DNA from: an uncultured Nitrospiraceae bacterium
GTDB taxonomy: Bacteria; Nitrospirota; Nitrospiria; Nitrospirales; Nitrospiraceae
Length of the DNA stretch: 64,000 bases
Direction of reading: 5' to 3'
NCBI GenBank assembly: GCA_963846575.1
Contig: CAWJWJ010000002.1
Coordinates: 608,001-672,000 of the forward strand
A program made the translations under genes and the position numbers. This document shows positions 44,572 to 54,750 of the stretch, one piece after another; the stretch's first letter is position 1, and every line of letters begins with the position of its first letter. The notes under the pieces were generated by a model. That model was not told where the DNA came from and searched no databases. It saw only the letters and a program-made list of their open reading frames with translations.

Positions 44572-45114
44572 ATGAAGCGCACTTTGATAGCTCTAGTCAT
44601 CGCACTAGCACCCTTCTGGGCGACAAGTCTCATTTGGGCCGCTGGATTTTTTAAAGTTGGCGAGAAGGCACCGGCGTTTGCATTGACCTCAGTCACGGGC
44701 GATGCCGTTTCACTTGAGAGCATGAGGGGAAAAGTGGTCGTGCTGGGTCTGTTCCACATCTGTGATCCATGTATGATGCAAGGGACAAATTTAGAAAAGG
44801 TTCATGAAGCATTCGCTGGAAAGAATGTGGCCGTGGTCGGTATTAATTCAGCGGGGAACACCAAGCGCGACGTCGGAGAGTTTCTGAGTGCGTTTCCGGT
44901 CAAAATAACGTATCCATACTTACTTGACCCTAATAAGGCTACTGATAAAGTCTATGGCGGCGGAAAGTTTATCCCCAACGTATATATCATCGATCAGCAA
45001 GGCGTGATCCGGTGGCAGCGTGTGGGCAATATGGAACTGGCCGGCGCCGATGTGATCATACAAGAGGTAGAACAGCTTTTGGCGTCTGCGCCGGCTTCTG
45101 CCGGAGCCATGTAA
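44572..45114 (+). CDS. Exported thioredoxin-fold redoxin (TlpA/AhpC-like)
   Basis: Signal peptide, VGEKAPAFAL, CDPC, PNVYIIDQQG; AAGGAGG RBS. Confidence 0.85.
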   Translation: MKRTLIALVIALAPFWATSLIWAAGFFKVGEKAPAFALTSVTGDAVSLESMRGKVVVLGLFHICDPCMMQGTNLEKVHEAFAGKNVAVVGINSAGNTKRDVGEFLSAFPVKITYPYLLDPNKATDKVYGGGKFIPNVYIIDQQGVIRWQRVGNMELAGADVIIQEVEQLLASAPASAGAM

Positions 45115-45131
45115 ACGGAAAAAGAGGATCC

Positions 45132-45371
45132 ATGGACGAGTGGGAAGAGGGTAAAAAGAAGTTTCTCGAGGTTGTGCGTGGGATTCATGAGGCCGTGGAA
45201 GTTGTAATCCCGACGAAGCCGACCAACAATATGTTTCTGATCTCCCTGACGAAAGGGCCAAATCGGAAATTTGTCACCGTCTCAGAGGACGATATTATCG
45301 ATCTCCCCAGCGAAGCGAGCATCCGCGAAAGGGTCACAAAGACCTTGCAAGACGCGATTTCAGCATTGTAA
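45132..45371 (+). CDS. Hypothetical protein
   Basis: AGAGG RBS, protein-like composition, operon spacing. Confidence 0.65.
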   Translation: MDEWEEGKKKFLEVVRGIHEAVEVVIPTKPTNNMFLISLTKGPNRKFVTVSEDDIIDLPSEASIRERVTKTLQDAISAL

Positions 45372-45394
45372 TTCCGAAAATCAAGGCGACGGAA

Positions 45395-45991
45395 GTGAAG
45401 CAAATCCTCCCTGGCATCTGGCAATGGTCTTGGTTCTCTGAAGACAAGCAGATCGACTTTAATGGTCTATTTCTCAGCGTAGGGGAACATAAAATTCTGG
45501 TTGATCCTCCTTCCATGGCCGCTGAAACCAGCACATTTATCAGACGTCAAGGAGGGCTGGATTACATTATCGTCACGAATCGGGACCATACACGGGAAGC
45601 GGCTGCCTATCAGTCTGAGTTTCGTTGCCAGGTGTATTTGCCTGATGCCGATGCGCCGCAAATGGACTTGAAAGCGAACAAAACGTTTAGAGATGGCGAA
45701 CTTCTGCCTGGTGGGATTTGGGTCATACAACTAAATGATCAAAAATCGCCCGGCGAATCAGGCCTATTTATTCAGCAGGGAAAAGGTGTGCTGATCGTCG
45801 GTGATGCGCTGATCGGAAAACCGACTGGGTTCGTGAGTCTGTTATTGCCTGAAAAATACAGTGACCCCGACAAGGCAAAGGAAGGGCTCCGGCGCTTGCT
45901 GAAATACAGCTTCGACTCGATTCTAGTCGGGGATGGCGCTAGCATTGTAGGTGGCGCCAAACAAGCAGTAGAGCGGGCGCTGCAGGCATAG
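45395..45991 (+). CDS. Metallo-beta-lactamase fold protein with degenerate metal motif
   Basis: ILVDP, TNRDH in place of HxHxDH, KSPGE, VGDAL, LVGDG. Confidence 0.8.
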   Translation: MKQILPGIWQWSWFSEDKQIDFNGLFLSVGEHKILVDPPSMAAETSTFIRRQGGLDYIIVTNRDHTREAAAYQSEFRCQVYLPDADAPQMDLKANKTFRDGELLPGGIWVIQLNDQKSPGESGLFIQQGKGVLIVGDALIGKPTGFVSLLLPEKYSDPDKAKEGLRRLLKYSFDSILVGDGASIVGGAKQAVERALQA

Positions 45992-45997
45992 GAGAGC

Positions 45998-46822
45998 ATG
46001 GCGCTTCGAAACGGACTTTCAGAGGAACTCAACCGCCAAGGCAATGAGCACTTTGCGCGCGGGCACTACACGGATGCGTATGCCTGCTACGCGAAGGCGT
46101 TGGAGTGTGATCGGTTGACGGGTGATCATCGAGCGCTCAGCGCGACGCTGGGCAATCTTGGGAATATCTGCGCAGTCAGCGGTCGTCGAGAGTCGGCGCA
46201 GACTTATTATCAGGAAGTGCTTGAACTGCAGAAGGTTCTTGGAGATGAGAAGGGGATAGGAACGACGCTGGCCAATCTTGGAAACTTACGTGCCGATGCG
46301 GGCGAATGGGATCGTGCGAGAGCCTATTATCTGGAAGCGCTTGATATCATGACACGCGTGCATGATGAACTGGGGAAGGCCGTCTTGTTCTCAGATCTGG
46401 GCCTTGTGGCGCGGGAAACCGAGCAGTTTGAGGATGCCCTTCGTTACTATGAGCAGTCCCTCGTCCTCATGCGTCGTCTGAACAACCAAGGGGGTGTTGC
46501 CGATGCCTGGCGCATGATGGGCCGAACCTTCGCCATCCAGAAGCGATATGAAGACGCCATCGCCTGTTGCCATACGAGTCAATCGATTGCCGAACGAAGT
46601 CGTGATGAATTGCGCGCCGGCGGCGCCCGGTACGTTTTGGTACAATGTTATGAAGATCTGGGACAGATTCAGATGGCTGTTGAATTATTGGAGCAGGTGG
46701 TTCGTATGGATCAGAAGTACGATCTCCCGAAATTAGCCGAGAATACCAACAGGCTTGAACGTCTCCGTGTCCGCCTTGCCGCAGGAGACCCTACCTCCCA
46801 CCATTGGCAGTCGCACGTATGA
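45998..46822 (+). CDS. TPR repeat protein
   Basis: Repeated TLGNLG/TLANLG...A..YY..AL units. Confidence 0.9.
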   Translation: MALRNGLSEELNRQGNEHFARGHYTDAYACYAKALECDRLTGDHRALSATLGNLGNICAVSGRRESAQTYYQEVLELQKVLGDEKGIGTTLANLGNLRADAGEWDRARAYYLEALDIMTRVHDELGKAVLFSDLGLVARETEQFEDALRYYEQSLVLMRRLNNQGGVADAWRMMGRTFAIQKRYEDAIACCHTSQSIAERSRDELRAGGARYVLVQCYEDLGQIQMAVELLEQVVRMDQKYDLPKLAENTNRLERLRVRLAAGDPTSHHWQSHV

Positions 46823-47256
46823 ATACCTCTGCCCTTCCTTCATGGGAACGCATTCGATCCCATCTGCGTGCAGTCATTCCACAGTTTTATGAACTTGAGC
46901 CAGAAGGTGCCCTCGCGTTGGATTTAGGGGACGATGGCTGGTTGCTTGAGGTGAGGTCGGATGGGCAGTTCTTCTGTCAATACGGGGTTGCCATGGACGA
47001 TGTCAAAAGTCTGATGTGCGACGGGACGACGGAGGATCTGGGGACCGATGAGGTAGCGAAACAGGCCAAATTTTTTCTGGGTCCTGCAGTATCAAAAATG
47101 CGACCGACTCTACGTAATGCTGGGTTTTCGGAGCAGACAGAAATGAATGATGACTTCGTTGCCATTATCTTTTTTAAGAGCCTCGACTTCGATCGGCCTG
47201 ACGAGATAGTGGCGGCGGTGCATTGGTGTCAGAATCTGTTTAGAACCCGCCCCTAA
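46819..47256 (+). CDS. Hypothetical protein
   Basis: ATGA overlap with the TPR gene. Confidence 0.7.
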   Translation: MNTSALPSWERIRSHLRAVIPQFYELEPEGALALDLGDDGWLLEVRSDGQFFCQYGVAMDDVKSLMCDGTTEDLGTDEVAKQAKFFLGPAVSKMRPTLRNAGFSEQTEMNDDFVAIIFFKSLDFDRPDEIVAAVHWCQNLFRTRP

Positions 47257-47283
47257 TGCGAGTCGAGCCCTGTCCTCACCCCC

Positions 47284-48297
47284 ATGCCGAGAACCTCGAT
47301 AACAACCATTGAAGGCTTCCGTGCAGCGTTAGCCGCTTATCGATTGCCTCGGGTGATTCTTACTGCACTGGATTTGGACCTGTTTACAATCATCGCTTCT
47401 CGAACATGGTCCATTACAAAATTGGCCCATGCCCTCGGCGTGAGCAATCGTGGGCTGGACATTCTTTGCCGGAACTTGGCGATGTCCGGTCTATTAAGAA
47501 AGCGAGGCGATAGCTATAGTAACGGCTCGTTCGCTGCTACTCAATTGAATGCCAAACATCCCCTATATCGGGGCGCTTATCTGGAGCTGCTGAAGAGTCA
47601 ATGGACTGATTGGTCCCGTCTGACGGAATCGGTGAGGTCTGGGCGGCCGTTGGAATCCGATGTGCGCGAGGTGCCGGCTTATCGACGACGGTTTACCTGG
47701 GCTATGCACCAGCGCTCGTTTGAGGTGGCAGCCAGAGTCGCGGCGGCGCTTGATCTGGAGAAAGCTAAAAACCTATTGGATCTTGGGGGCGGACCAGGAA
47801 CCTATGCACTGGCATTTTTAGCTCAAGATGCAAAGTTGAAGGCAACGATCTGTGATCGCCCGGCAGCGCTTTCAGTGGCGAAGAAAATCGCTGCCGCGCA
47901 CAGGGCCCGGGAACGACTATCCTACCTTCCGCTCGACTTAATGCAGGAAGAACTTCCAAAAGGGTTCGATGTGGTGTGGTATTCCAACGTGCTGCATATT
48001 TATTCGCCTGATGAAAATAAGGCTTTGTTTCGGCGTATTATTTCCGCGGTCCCCCCCGGTGGGAGGCTGATCATTCAAGATGCATTCCTTCATGACCGAA
48101 CTGGACTTTACCCCGAAGAGGCGAGTCTGTTTGCTGTGAGCATGTTGCTCTTTACTGAGAGAGGCAATACTTATGCCCGACGGGATACCGCTCAATGGCT
48201 TAAGGAGGCAGGGTATGTAAAGATCAGGCGCGTCAAAATGAGGCAGGGGACCGAAGATTGGGATGGCGGCCTGATGGAGGCCTTTCGTCCGGCCTGA
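47284..48297 (+). CDS. SAM-dependent O-methyltransferase with dimerisation domain
   Basis: LLDLGGGPG, FDVVWYSNVLH, PGGRLII. Confidence 0.9.
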   Translation: MPRTSITTIEGFRAALAAYRLPRVILTALDLDLFTIIASRTWSITKLAHALGVSNRGLDILCRNLAMSGLLRKRGDSYSNGSFAATQLNAKHPLYRGAYLELLKSQWTDWSRLTESVRSGRPLESDVREVPAYRRRFTWAMHQRSFEVAARVAAALDLEKAKNLLDLGGGPGTYALAFLAQDAKLKATICDRPAALSVAKKIAAAHRARERLSYLPLDLMQEELPKGFDVVWYSNVLHIYSPDENKALFRRIISAVPPGGRLIIQDAFLHDRTGLYPEEASLFAVSMLLFTERGNTYARRDTAQWLKEAGYVKIRRVKMRQGTEDWDGGLMEAFRPA

Positions 48298-48649
48298 TTG
48301 TAAGGGCGGAACGGCCACCAAAGACCATTATTAAAAAGTTCAATAGACTGCTCGTCAGTGTGAGTATCAACAGCAGCGGCCGGGGAGCTGTTTGGCTGAC
48401 TTCTTGAACGATGGTCGCCAGGTCGAGTGCCAACGCGACCGTGCTGTACATTACCGCGACCATCGCGATCCATGACTGATGGATCACGAGTAGCCCTCCT
48501 ATCAGCAACGCCGGAAACATGAATAGAAACCCCATCAGTAGGCCATGCTCGATGACCGAGACAGGTGAAGTCGAACCGAAAAGAATGATCGCAGACTCCA
48601 CTGCAGTCAATGCGAGAAGAAAGGCGATGACTAGACGGGCTCCTACCAT
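48233..48649 (-). CDS. Four-TM membrane protein
   Basis: Four hydrophobic segments; 3' end overlaps the convergent methyltransferase gene. Confidence 0.65.
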   Translation of the reverse strand: MVGARLVIAFLLALTAVESAIILFGSTSPVSVIEHGLLMGFLFMFPALLIGGLLVIHQSWIAMVAVMYSTVALALDLATIVQEVSQTAPRPLLLILTLTSSLLNFLIMVFGGRSALTIRPDERPPSGRHPNLRSPASF

Positions 48650-48727
48650 ACTCGCACTATAGCCGTCGGTATAACGTACCGCAAGCGGACTTGTTCACAA
48701 ACCTTGCTCAATGGTACGTTATTGAGC

Positions 48728-49141
48728 ATGGATATCGAAACGCGGGACGGCCTGACAGTCCAGCGAAATTCCTGCACCGTTATCTACGACGGAGAATGTC
48801 GATTTTGTGTGAAGAGCAAGGAGGGTATCGAACGGCTGTCGCCTCCGGATCAATCAGCCAGTGTCAGATACATTCCCTATCGGAGTTTGGAAGCCGAGCA
48901 ACTTTTGGGTCCTGATCATCGACTCGGTAGACCGGATGTGGCCTATTGGATTGGCGCCGACGGCCAGGTTCGAAAGGGTTTGGATGCCATTCTGCCTCTT
49001 CTTCCCAGGCTTCCGGGCGGCCGTTTCTTGATGGCCTTTCTTGCACTGCCTCCTTGCCGATGGATCGCTCTTTGGTTATATCGGGTCGTAGCCAAGAACC
49101 GTTATCGGTGGTTTGGGGTCCTGCCTGTCAAACCGGCGTAA
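48728..49141 (+). CDS. DCC1-like thiol-disulfide oxidoreductase (DUF393-type)
   Basis: VIYDGECRFC and YRVVAKNRYRWFG. Confidence 0.9.
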   Translation: MDIETRDGLTVQRNSCTVIYDGECRFCVKSKEGIERLSPPDQSASVRYIPYRSLEAEQLLGPDHRLGRPDVAYWIGADGQVRKGLDAILPLLPRLPGGRFLMAFLALPPCRWIALWLYRVVAKNRYRWFGVLPVKPA

Positions 49142-49277
49142 GTATTCGACCGGTCAGCATTCGTTCAAGCCTTAGAATAGTTCGATAAACGGACCACCTT
49201 TGGAGGGGAATGCCCGTGCCGGGGTGTCATTTACCCGAGGATGAGAACCGGTGAGAATCCGCCCTACATGAGGGAGG

Positions 49278-50237
49278 ATGCACATGGTTCGATATCAACT
49301 TAAAATAGTCACGCATTGGAATAGGGGACGCAGTTATGACAAATGCCCCAAGGGGCCTAGCTCAGTCTCAAGGGGCAGGATAGCGGCATCAGTAGCGACG
49401 CTATGGATTGCGCTCATATTTTCGTCCAACTCTGCTCTCGCTGCCCCATATTGTCACCGTCAGGAAGTCCTCTCTGTTTGCGAAGCTAACACTCACATTC
49501 TGACTCAGTCATTTGGCCCTCACTCATCTGTTTTGGCCGCGGCATTTGGATTTCAGGCAGCTGGTTCTTCAACCATTACGGTCCGAACATATGATGCACC
49601 CACGGGGTCAATACTGTCCGAAGAATCATTCGACGTAAATGTCAAGGAAGAGGGCGCGGCTGAGTATGATGCCCACAGGGGCCGGATCTTTGCCGGCGGA
49701 ATTGGAACCGACCCAGAAGGTAAATCAAGGTTTATGTTACGGGTGTATGATGCGGAGACCGGTCGATTCCTATGGGAAGGTCAACTGAACTTGCTGAAAT
49801 CGCCTGAAGGTGGAATGACGAGGGCGGTCGCTGTGCTAGTCCCCAATAAGCAGGCAATGATTCAGACCGCATCGGAGGTTCCCGCCTCCTTCAAGACTCT
49901 GTTCTCGGTTCAAGCGGTGAATCCGACGACCGGAAGGATTGTCTGGCAGGATCAGTTTGCGCCAGGAGGCCGAAAGCGAGTGAAAGGTGAGGGGGTGCTT
50001 TTCAATTTGCCGATTGTCCGGTCAATGCAGGAACCCGTGGAGCATGTATTTGATTTGGTCGTGCGCACCTACGAACCGATGTCCGGAACCCTCATCTGGG
50101 AGGACTCGTTTGAGCAATTGGACCGCATCGACGACCCAGCGATCGACCCGGAAGACAATGCCCTGCCCCAGGCAATTCCTTCCTGGCGGTCCCTTGATTT
50201 CGAACGACCCGGGATCTATCGGACGGCATTGCGGTAG
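49278..50237 (+). CDS. Exported hypothetical protein with PQQ-like propeller repeats (start uncertain)
   Basis: Four D/N/E-xxT/SG-xx-W/S units: YDAPTGSILSE, YDAETGRFLWE, VNPTTGRIVWQ, YEPMSGTLIWE. Confidence 0.6.
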   Translation: MHMVRYQLKIVTHWNRGRSYDKCPKGPSSVSRGRIAASVATLWIALIFSSNSALAAPYCHRQEVLSVCEANTHILTQSFGPHSSVLAAAFGFQAAGSSTITVRTYDAPTGSILSEESFDVNVKEEGAAEYDAHRGRIFAGGIGTDPEGKSRFMLRVYDAETGRFLWEGQLNLLKSPEGGMTRAVAVLVPNKQAMIQTASEVPASFKTLFSVQAVNPTTGRIVWQDQFAPGGRKRVKGEGVLFNLPIVRSMQEPVEHVFDLVVRTYEPMSGTLIWEDSFEQLDRIDDPAIDPEDNALPQAIPSWRSLDFERPGIYRTALR

Positions 50238-50240
50238 CGC

Positions 50241-51683
50241 TCAGGATTTAGACTCTAGCAATGTGCCTCCCACGCTGTCGGCCCATTGTTTTTGGAAGTG
50301 GTCATAAGAGAGTCGGAGGCTGTCCTGCATGGCGGCGGCAATTGTTTGACGGGCTTTCAATTGCAGGAGAATCTCGTGCACCTTGTGCATGCCGAAGCGT
50401 TGGATCAGATACTGTGTTGCTGCATTGGCCTCTGCATAGGCAATGTGGGCGTTCTCTGCCGGTAATCCCTCCCAATTGCCTTCTAGCGCGCTCAGTGGGA
50501 CCAGACCGTGTTCCCCGGGAGTCAGTGGTTGTAAGTCCTGAGAAGGGTCACCAGCCAGTTGCATTGCCAGGCCTTCGTTCAGCCAGGTAGGAATGGTTCC
50601 GCCATTGGATCCAAGCTCCTCATGAATGAGGGCATGGACGAACTCATGACGGAGTACACGGGTCAGCCACACGGGATTTGTGGCGGCCCCCTGTGTGGGA
50701 ATTTGAATGCGTCCAAGGGTGGGATCGAACAGACCGTCGGCCCAGGTGGGTCCACCGGTGACTGCTGGAAACTGATCTTTTGTGAGGAGAACGACCATGA
50801 CAGGACGGGAAGGATAAAAGTTGAATTTCTGACCAATCTCTCGATAGGCCTCCTCAAGAATATCGAGGACGGTGGTCCAGGTCGCAGGATCCTCATTGCC
50901 ATCGTACTTGACCGTGAAGTGACTGCTCTTGTGGGTGACGAACTTTTCCTCAACTTTCTCTGAGTGATGTACCTTTGAAGCGACAGCATTCAAATAGGAT
51001 TGCAGGCCAGGGTCACTCTTGATCCGTTCGTTAGCCTGGGCGAGGTGTTTGCCGGCCTCCGTCAGATCACCTCTCTCTTGTAACAGGTCAGCCAGGGCTG
51101 CATGGGGGAATGCCTCGTCCGGAGCTAAGGCTAAAACTTTTCTCAGGAATTCCTCTGTAAGTGCCGGGTCTCGCAGGCCCCAATACGCATTTGCAAGATT
51201 AAGATGGACCACCCGATTCTGAGGGTCCAAGGATACCGCTTTCTTGAAGGCCTTCACCGAAACTTCTGTCCCGCCAACTTTTTCCTGAAGGATTCCGAGA
51301 TTGTTCCACAAAATGGCCACATGCCGCTTGGTGGCCGATTCTGTAAACAGGGACGACGGAAGCTCCCTCAATTTCGTTTCTGCCAAGACAAGGTTGCGTT
51401 TCTCCAGCTCTTCATGAATCACCCCGAGCATCTCTGAATGCCTCGGAAGTGGAATGCTGACGGGATCAAGAGTCCGGGACCGCTTTGCCTCCAGGGCGAC
51501 CCCTGCTTCGTGCGGTACTAATGGGGCCGGCGATACGGCGGGCCCATTTTCAGCGATGACCTGCGGGGGAAGCGAGAGTTTCTCGTGGAAATAGTGGGGC
51601 TTGAGCCAAACTTGATAAAGAATAAAGGCACTGATCAGAACTGCTATTGGCCCCAGGATATGCCTAATATTGCGTCGATACAT
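50241..51683 (-). CDS. Membrane-anchored TPR plus MA-clan zinc metallopeptidase
   Basis: N-terminal TM, TPRs, HEFVH and PTWLNEGLA. Confidence 0.85.
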   Translation of the reverse strand: MYRRNIRHILGPIAVLISAFILYQVWLKPHYFHEKLSLPPQVIAENGPAVSPAPLVPHEAGVALEAKRSRTLDPVSIPLPRHSEMLGVIHEELEKRNLVLAETKLRELPSSLFTESATKRHVAILWNNLGILQEKVGGTEVSVKAFKKAVSLDPQNRVVHLNLANAYWGLRDPALTEEFLRKVLALAPDEAFPHAALADLLQERGDLTEAGKHLAQANERIKSDPGLQSYLNAVASKVHHSEKVEEKFVTHKSSHFTVKYDGNEDPATWTTVLDILEEAYREIGQKFNFYPSRPVMVVLLTKDQFPAVTGGPTWADGLFDPTLGRIQIPTQGAATNPVWLTRVLRHEFVHALIHEELGSNGGTIPTWLNEGLAMQLAGDPSQDLQPLTPGEHGLVPLSALEGNWEGLPAENAHIAYAEANAATQYLIQRFGMHKVHEILLQLKARQTIAAAMQDSLRLSYDHFQKQWADSVGGTLLESKS

Positions 51684-51841
51684 TGGATTTCTTCAGGTGA
51701 AACCGATGATTACTCTAGCATCGAGAGCCTGAACGACCTAATAAAGTCGTGAAACAGGTTGTAACCGCGGACATGCAGCTCCATTCCTGCTGGGCTATGT
51801 CGTTGAGCCCCAGGCATGGCTGTGATACATTTCTGACCAGG

Positions 51842-54382
51842 ATGTCACGTCCTGACCCGACCGATCCCCACGACCCTTTTCAGGATTTTCTTCAACGTGT
51901 AGCAAGACCGATCGAATTTGCCTGTCGCGATGCCTACTCCCATCTTTCCACAGTCAAAAATCTGGACCATTTTGTCTCGGAGCAAGTAATCGGGGCGCTC
52001 AGTCAGCGTGTGTACCCCAGAGCGCTTGAAGCGGAACTATTGTCGCTCCGCAATCTATTCGTCGATTTTCATACTCATCTGGACCCGACTCAACAGAAGG
52101 ACCGGCTGTCACGGGCTATGGAACTTCTGCGCCATCTCCAGCGAAATAGATTCGATCCCGATCAATCGGACATCCTGCCTGCTGAGGGGAGTCCTGCTCA
52201 GGAATCCGATCGTTCCATTCACGCTCGTCCCCTCTGGAACTTGCCTATCCAGTTTGCCAAAGGAGTTGGTCCCAAGAGGACCGTCCTGTTGGAGCGCATC
52301 GGAATCCACACCATAGAAGATGCACTCTGGGCCTTGCCCTGGCGGTACGAAGACCGATCAGCAGTGACGTCAATAGGCAAACTCATTCCGGGGATTCCGC
52401 AGACCATTTGTGGCACCATTGTTAACACGGAGACAACTCGTGCACGGGCTCGGCGGCTATCAATCCTGGACGCCTTGGTCGAGGACGGTACCGGGACGGT
52501 CCACGCAGTATTTTTTAATCAGCCGTATTTGGAGGACGTCTTACAGCAAGGTGTAAGGGTCATGATGTCGGGCAGGGTTGTTGCGGGTCGGGGCGGATGG
52601 ATGGATGTGCGGATGGAACCGACGCAATTTGAAATTTTGAGTGGAGCAGAGGACGAATTGCTGCATGTGGGGCGGATCATTCCGACCTACCATGAGACGA
52701 AAGGTTGGACCTCCCGTCATATGCGGGTCCTAATCTATGGACTGTTGGCGGAATACGGTTCCGACGTGGAGGAGGTGCTGCCGGTCTCTATTCGAGCGCG
52801 CCATCGGTTGCTGCCGATCAGTCTTGCCATTCAGCAAGTGCATTTTCCGTTACCGAAGACAGATCTCTCGAATCTCGACCGGGGCGTGACAGCGGCTCAC
52901 CGCCGCCTGGCTTTCGAAGAGCTCTTTCTACTGCAGGCGGCATTGGTACTGCGCAAACGGGAGACCAAAGAGGAGCGCAAACCATTTCGGTTTAATTCAC
53001 AGGTGACGCAGCTCAAGCGACTCGCAGAGCAGCTGCCGTTCGCGCTCACGTCTGCTCAGGAGCGCGTATTCCAAGAGATTCAGGCAGACATGATGACCTC
53101 GCACCCGATGAATCGGCTGGTGCAAGGGGATGTGGGTTCAGGAAAGACGGTCGTGGCTCTTCATGCCCTGGTCATGGCCTGCGGATCTGGTTGCCAGACG
53201 GCGCTCATGGTTCCAACGGAAATTTTGGCCGAGCAACATTACCTCAATCTTAAACCTCTTTTAGAGGCCGTCGGACTAAGGGCGGTACTTTTGACGAGTG
53301 GCGGCAAGTCAAGGGAGCGCAATGAAAAGCTCAAGCAGTTGGCGTCAGGCACGGCGCACGTAGCCATTGGCACACACGCCCTAATCCAGAAGAACGTGCA
53401 TTTTGCCAAGCTCGGGCTGGTAATTGTCGACGAGCAGCACAAATTCGGCGTGCTACAGCGGAAGACCCTCCTCGACAAGGGGTATCGACCCGACGTCCTC
53501 GTGATGACAGCCACTCCGATTCCCCGCACCCTGGCCATGACGGTCTATGGAGATCTGGATCTATCGGTCATCGATAGACTGCCGCCTGGTCGTAAACCGA
53601 TACGCACTATGCTTTATAGTGAAGGGCAACGACACAAGACTTGGCAGCTAGTCGGCGATGAGATAGCGGCTGGCCGACAGGCGTATGTCGTCTATCCATT
53701 GGTAGAGGAATCCGAGAAAGTCGACCTGAAGGCGGCGATCCAAGGGGCGGAACATCTGCAACGCGACGTGTTTCCCCATGCGCGGGTGGGATTGCTTCAT
53801 GGCAGACTCAAGACGGCCGAGAAGGAGCGTGCGATGGCGGCCTTCAAAGCCGGGGCGATTCAACTGCTCGTGGCGACAACCGTGATCGAGGTCGGGGTAG
53901 ATGTTCCAAATGCGACGGTGATGGTGATTGAACATGCCGAACGATTCGGGTTGGCACAGTTGCACCAACTGCGAGGAAGGGTCGGTCGAGGCGCCCAGCA
54001 GTCGCTCTGTGTGCTCATGGCCTCGTACGGCACGCGAGAGACCCGGCCCCGGGTGACTCGTGAAGGAGCCTCGGAACAGGTTCTTTCTCATGCGCAGCAG
54101 CGCTTGGGGGCCCTCGTCAACTCGAACGATGGATTCATGATTGCAGAGGAAGATCTCCGGATTAGGGGGCCCGGTGAGTTTCTTGGTGTGCGGCAATGGG
54201 GTATGACGGAGTTTCGAGCCGCTAATCTTATACGCGACGCCGATTTGCTCGAGCAAGCGAGACGAGAGGCCTGTGAGCTGTTGGAGCAAGATCCCACTCT
54301 GGCATGGCCTCAGCATCAAGCGTTGAAGGCAGCCATGTGTCGGCGTTGGCAGGCCAAGCTGTCTCTGGGAGATGTGAGCTAA
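51842..54382 (+). CDS. recG: ATP-dependent DNA helicase RecG with N-terminal extension
   Basis: QGDVGSGKT, DEQH, TATPIPRT, QLHQLRGRVGR, DLRIRGPG. Confidence 0.97.
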   Translation: MSRPDPTDPHDPFQDFLQRVARPIEFACRDAYSHLSTVKNLDHFVSEQVIGALSQRVYPRALEAELLSLRNLFVDFHTHLDPTQQKDRLSRAMELLRHLQRNRFDPDQSDILPAEGSPAQESDRSIHARPLWNLPIQFAKGVGPKRTVLLERIGIHTIEDALWALPWRYEDRSAVTSIGKLIPGIPQTICGTIVNTETTRARARRLSILDALVEDGTGTVHAVFFNQPYLEDVLQQGVRVMMSGRVVAGRGGWMDVRMEPTQFEILSGAEDELLHVGRIIPTYHETKGWTSRHMRVLIYGLLAEYGSDVEEVLPVSIRARHRLLPISLAIQQVHFPLPKTDLSNLDRGVTAAHRRLAFEELFLLQAALVLRKRETKEERKPFRFNSQVTQLKRLAEQLPFALTSAQERVFQEIQADMMTSHPMNRLVQGDVGSGKTVVALHALVMACGSGCQTALMVPTEILAEQHYLNLKPLLEAVGLRAVLLTSGGKSRERNEKLKQLASGTAHVAIGTHALIQKNVHFAKLGLVIVDEQHKFGVLQRKTLLDKGYRPDVLVMTATPIPRTLAMTVYGDLDLSVIDRLPPGRKPIRTMLYSEGQRHKTWQLVGDEIAAGRQAYVVYPLVEESEKVDLKAAIQGAEHLQRDVFPHARVGLLHGRLKTAEKERAMAAFKAGAIQLLVATTVIEVGVDVPNATVMVIEHAERFGLAQLHQLRGRVGRGAQQSLCVLMASYGTRETRPRVTREGASEQVLSHAQQRLGALVNSNDGFMIAEEDLRIRGPGEFLGVRQWGMTEFRAANLIRDADLLEQARREACELLEQDPTLAWPQHQALKAAMCRRWQAKLSLGDVS

Positions 54383-54416
54383 TGGTGGAAACCCGCACTT
54401 CGGAGAGGGCTCACCT

Positions 54417-54740
54417 ATGGGAATGTTACAACGCCTGAGTCACGATCTGCGCGCGGGCTGGGTGAACCTGCGCCATGGTACGGCAAAGGCTGCGACACGA
54501 GCACTCGAAGAAGGGGAATTGCTCCGTTATCGTCTGGAGTTACGCAATGTCGATCAGCAACTTGATGACTTGCACGCGGACATCGGGGAAAAAGTAATGG
54601 AGTTGTACGATCGTGGGGAGCCGACAGAGCGGATCCTGTCCGATTCCGACATCGTCCGAATGATCCAACACACACGAACCCTTCAGGACGAGCGGACCAG
54701 ACTCCTGCTTGAGATGAATGATATTACCATTGAGGAGTAG
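54417..54740 (+). CDS. Hypothetical coiled-coil protein
   Basis: GGAG RBS, helical composition. Confidence 0.7.
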   Translation: MGMLQRLSHDLRAGWVNLRHGTAKAATRALEEGELLRYRLELRNVDQQLDDLHADIGEKVMELYDRGEPTERILSDSDIVRMIQHTRTLQDERTRLLLEMNDITIEE

Positions 54741-54750
54741 GGCGCCCTCC

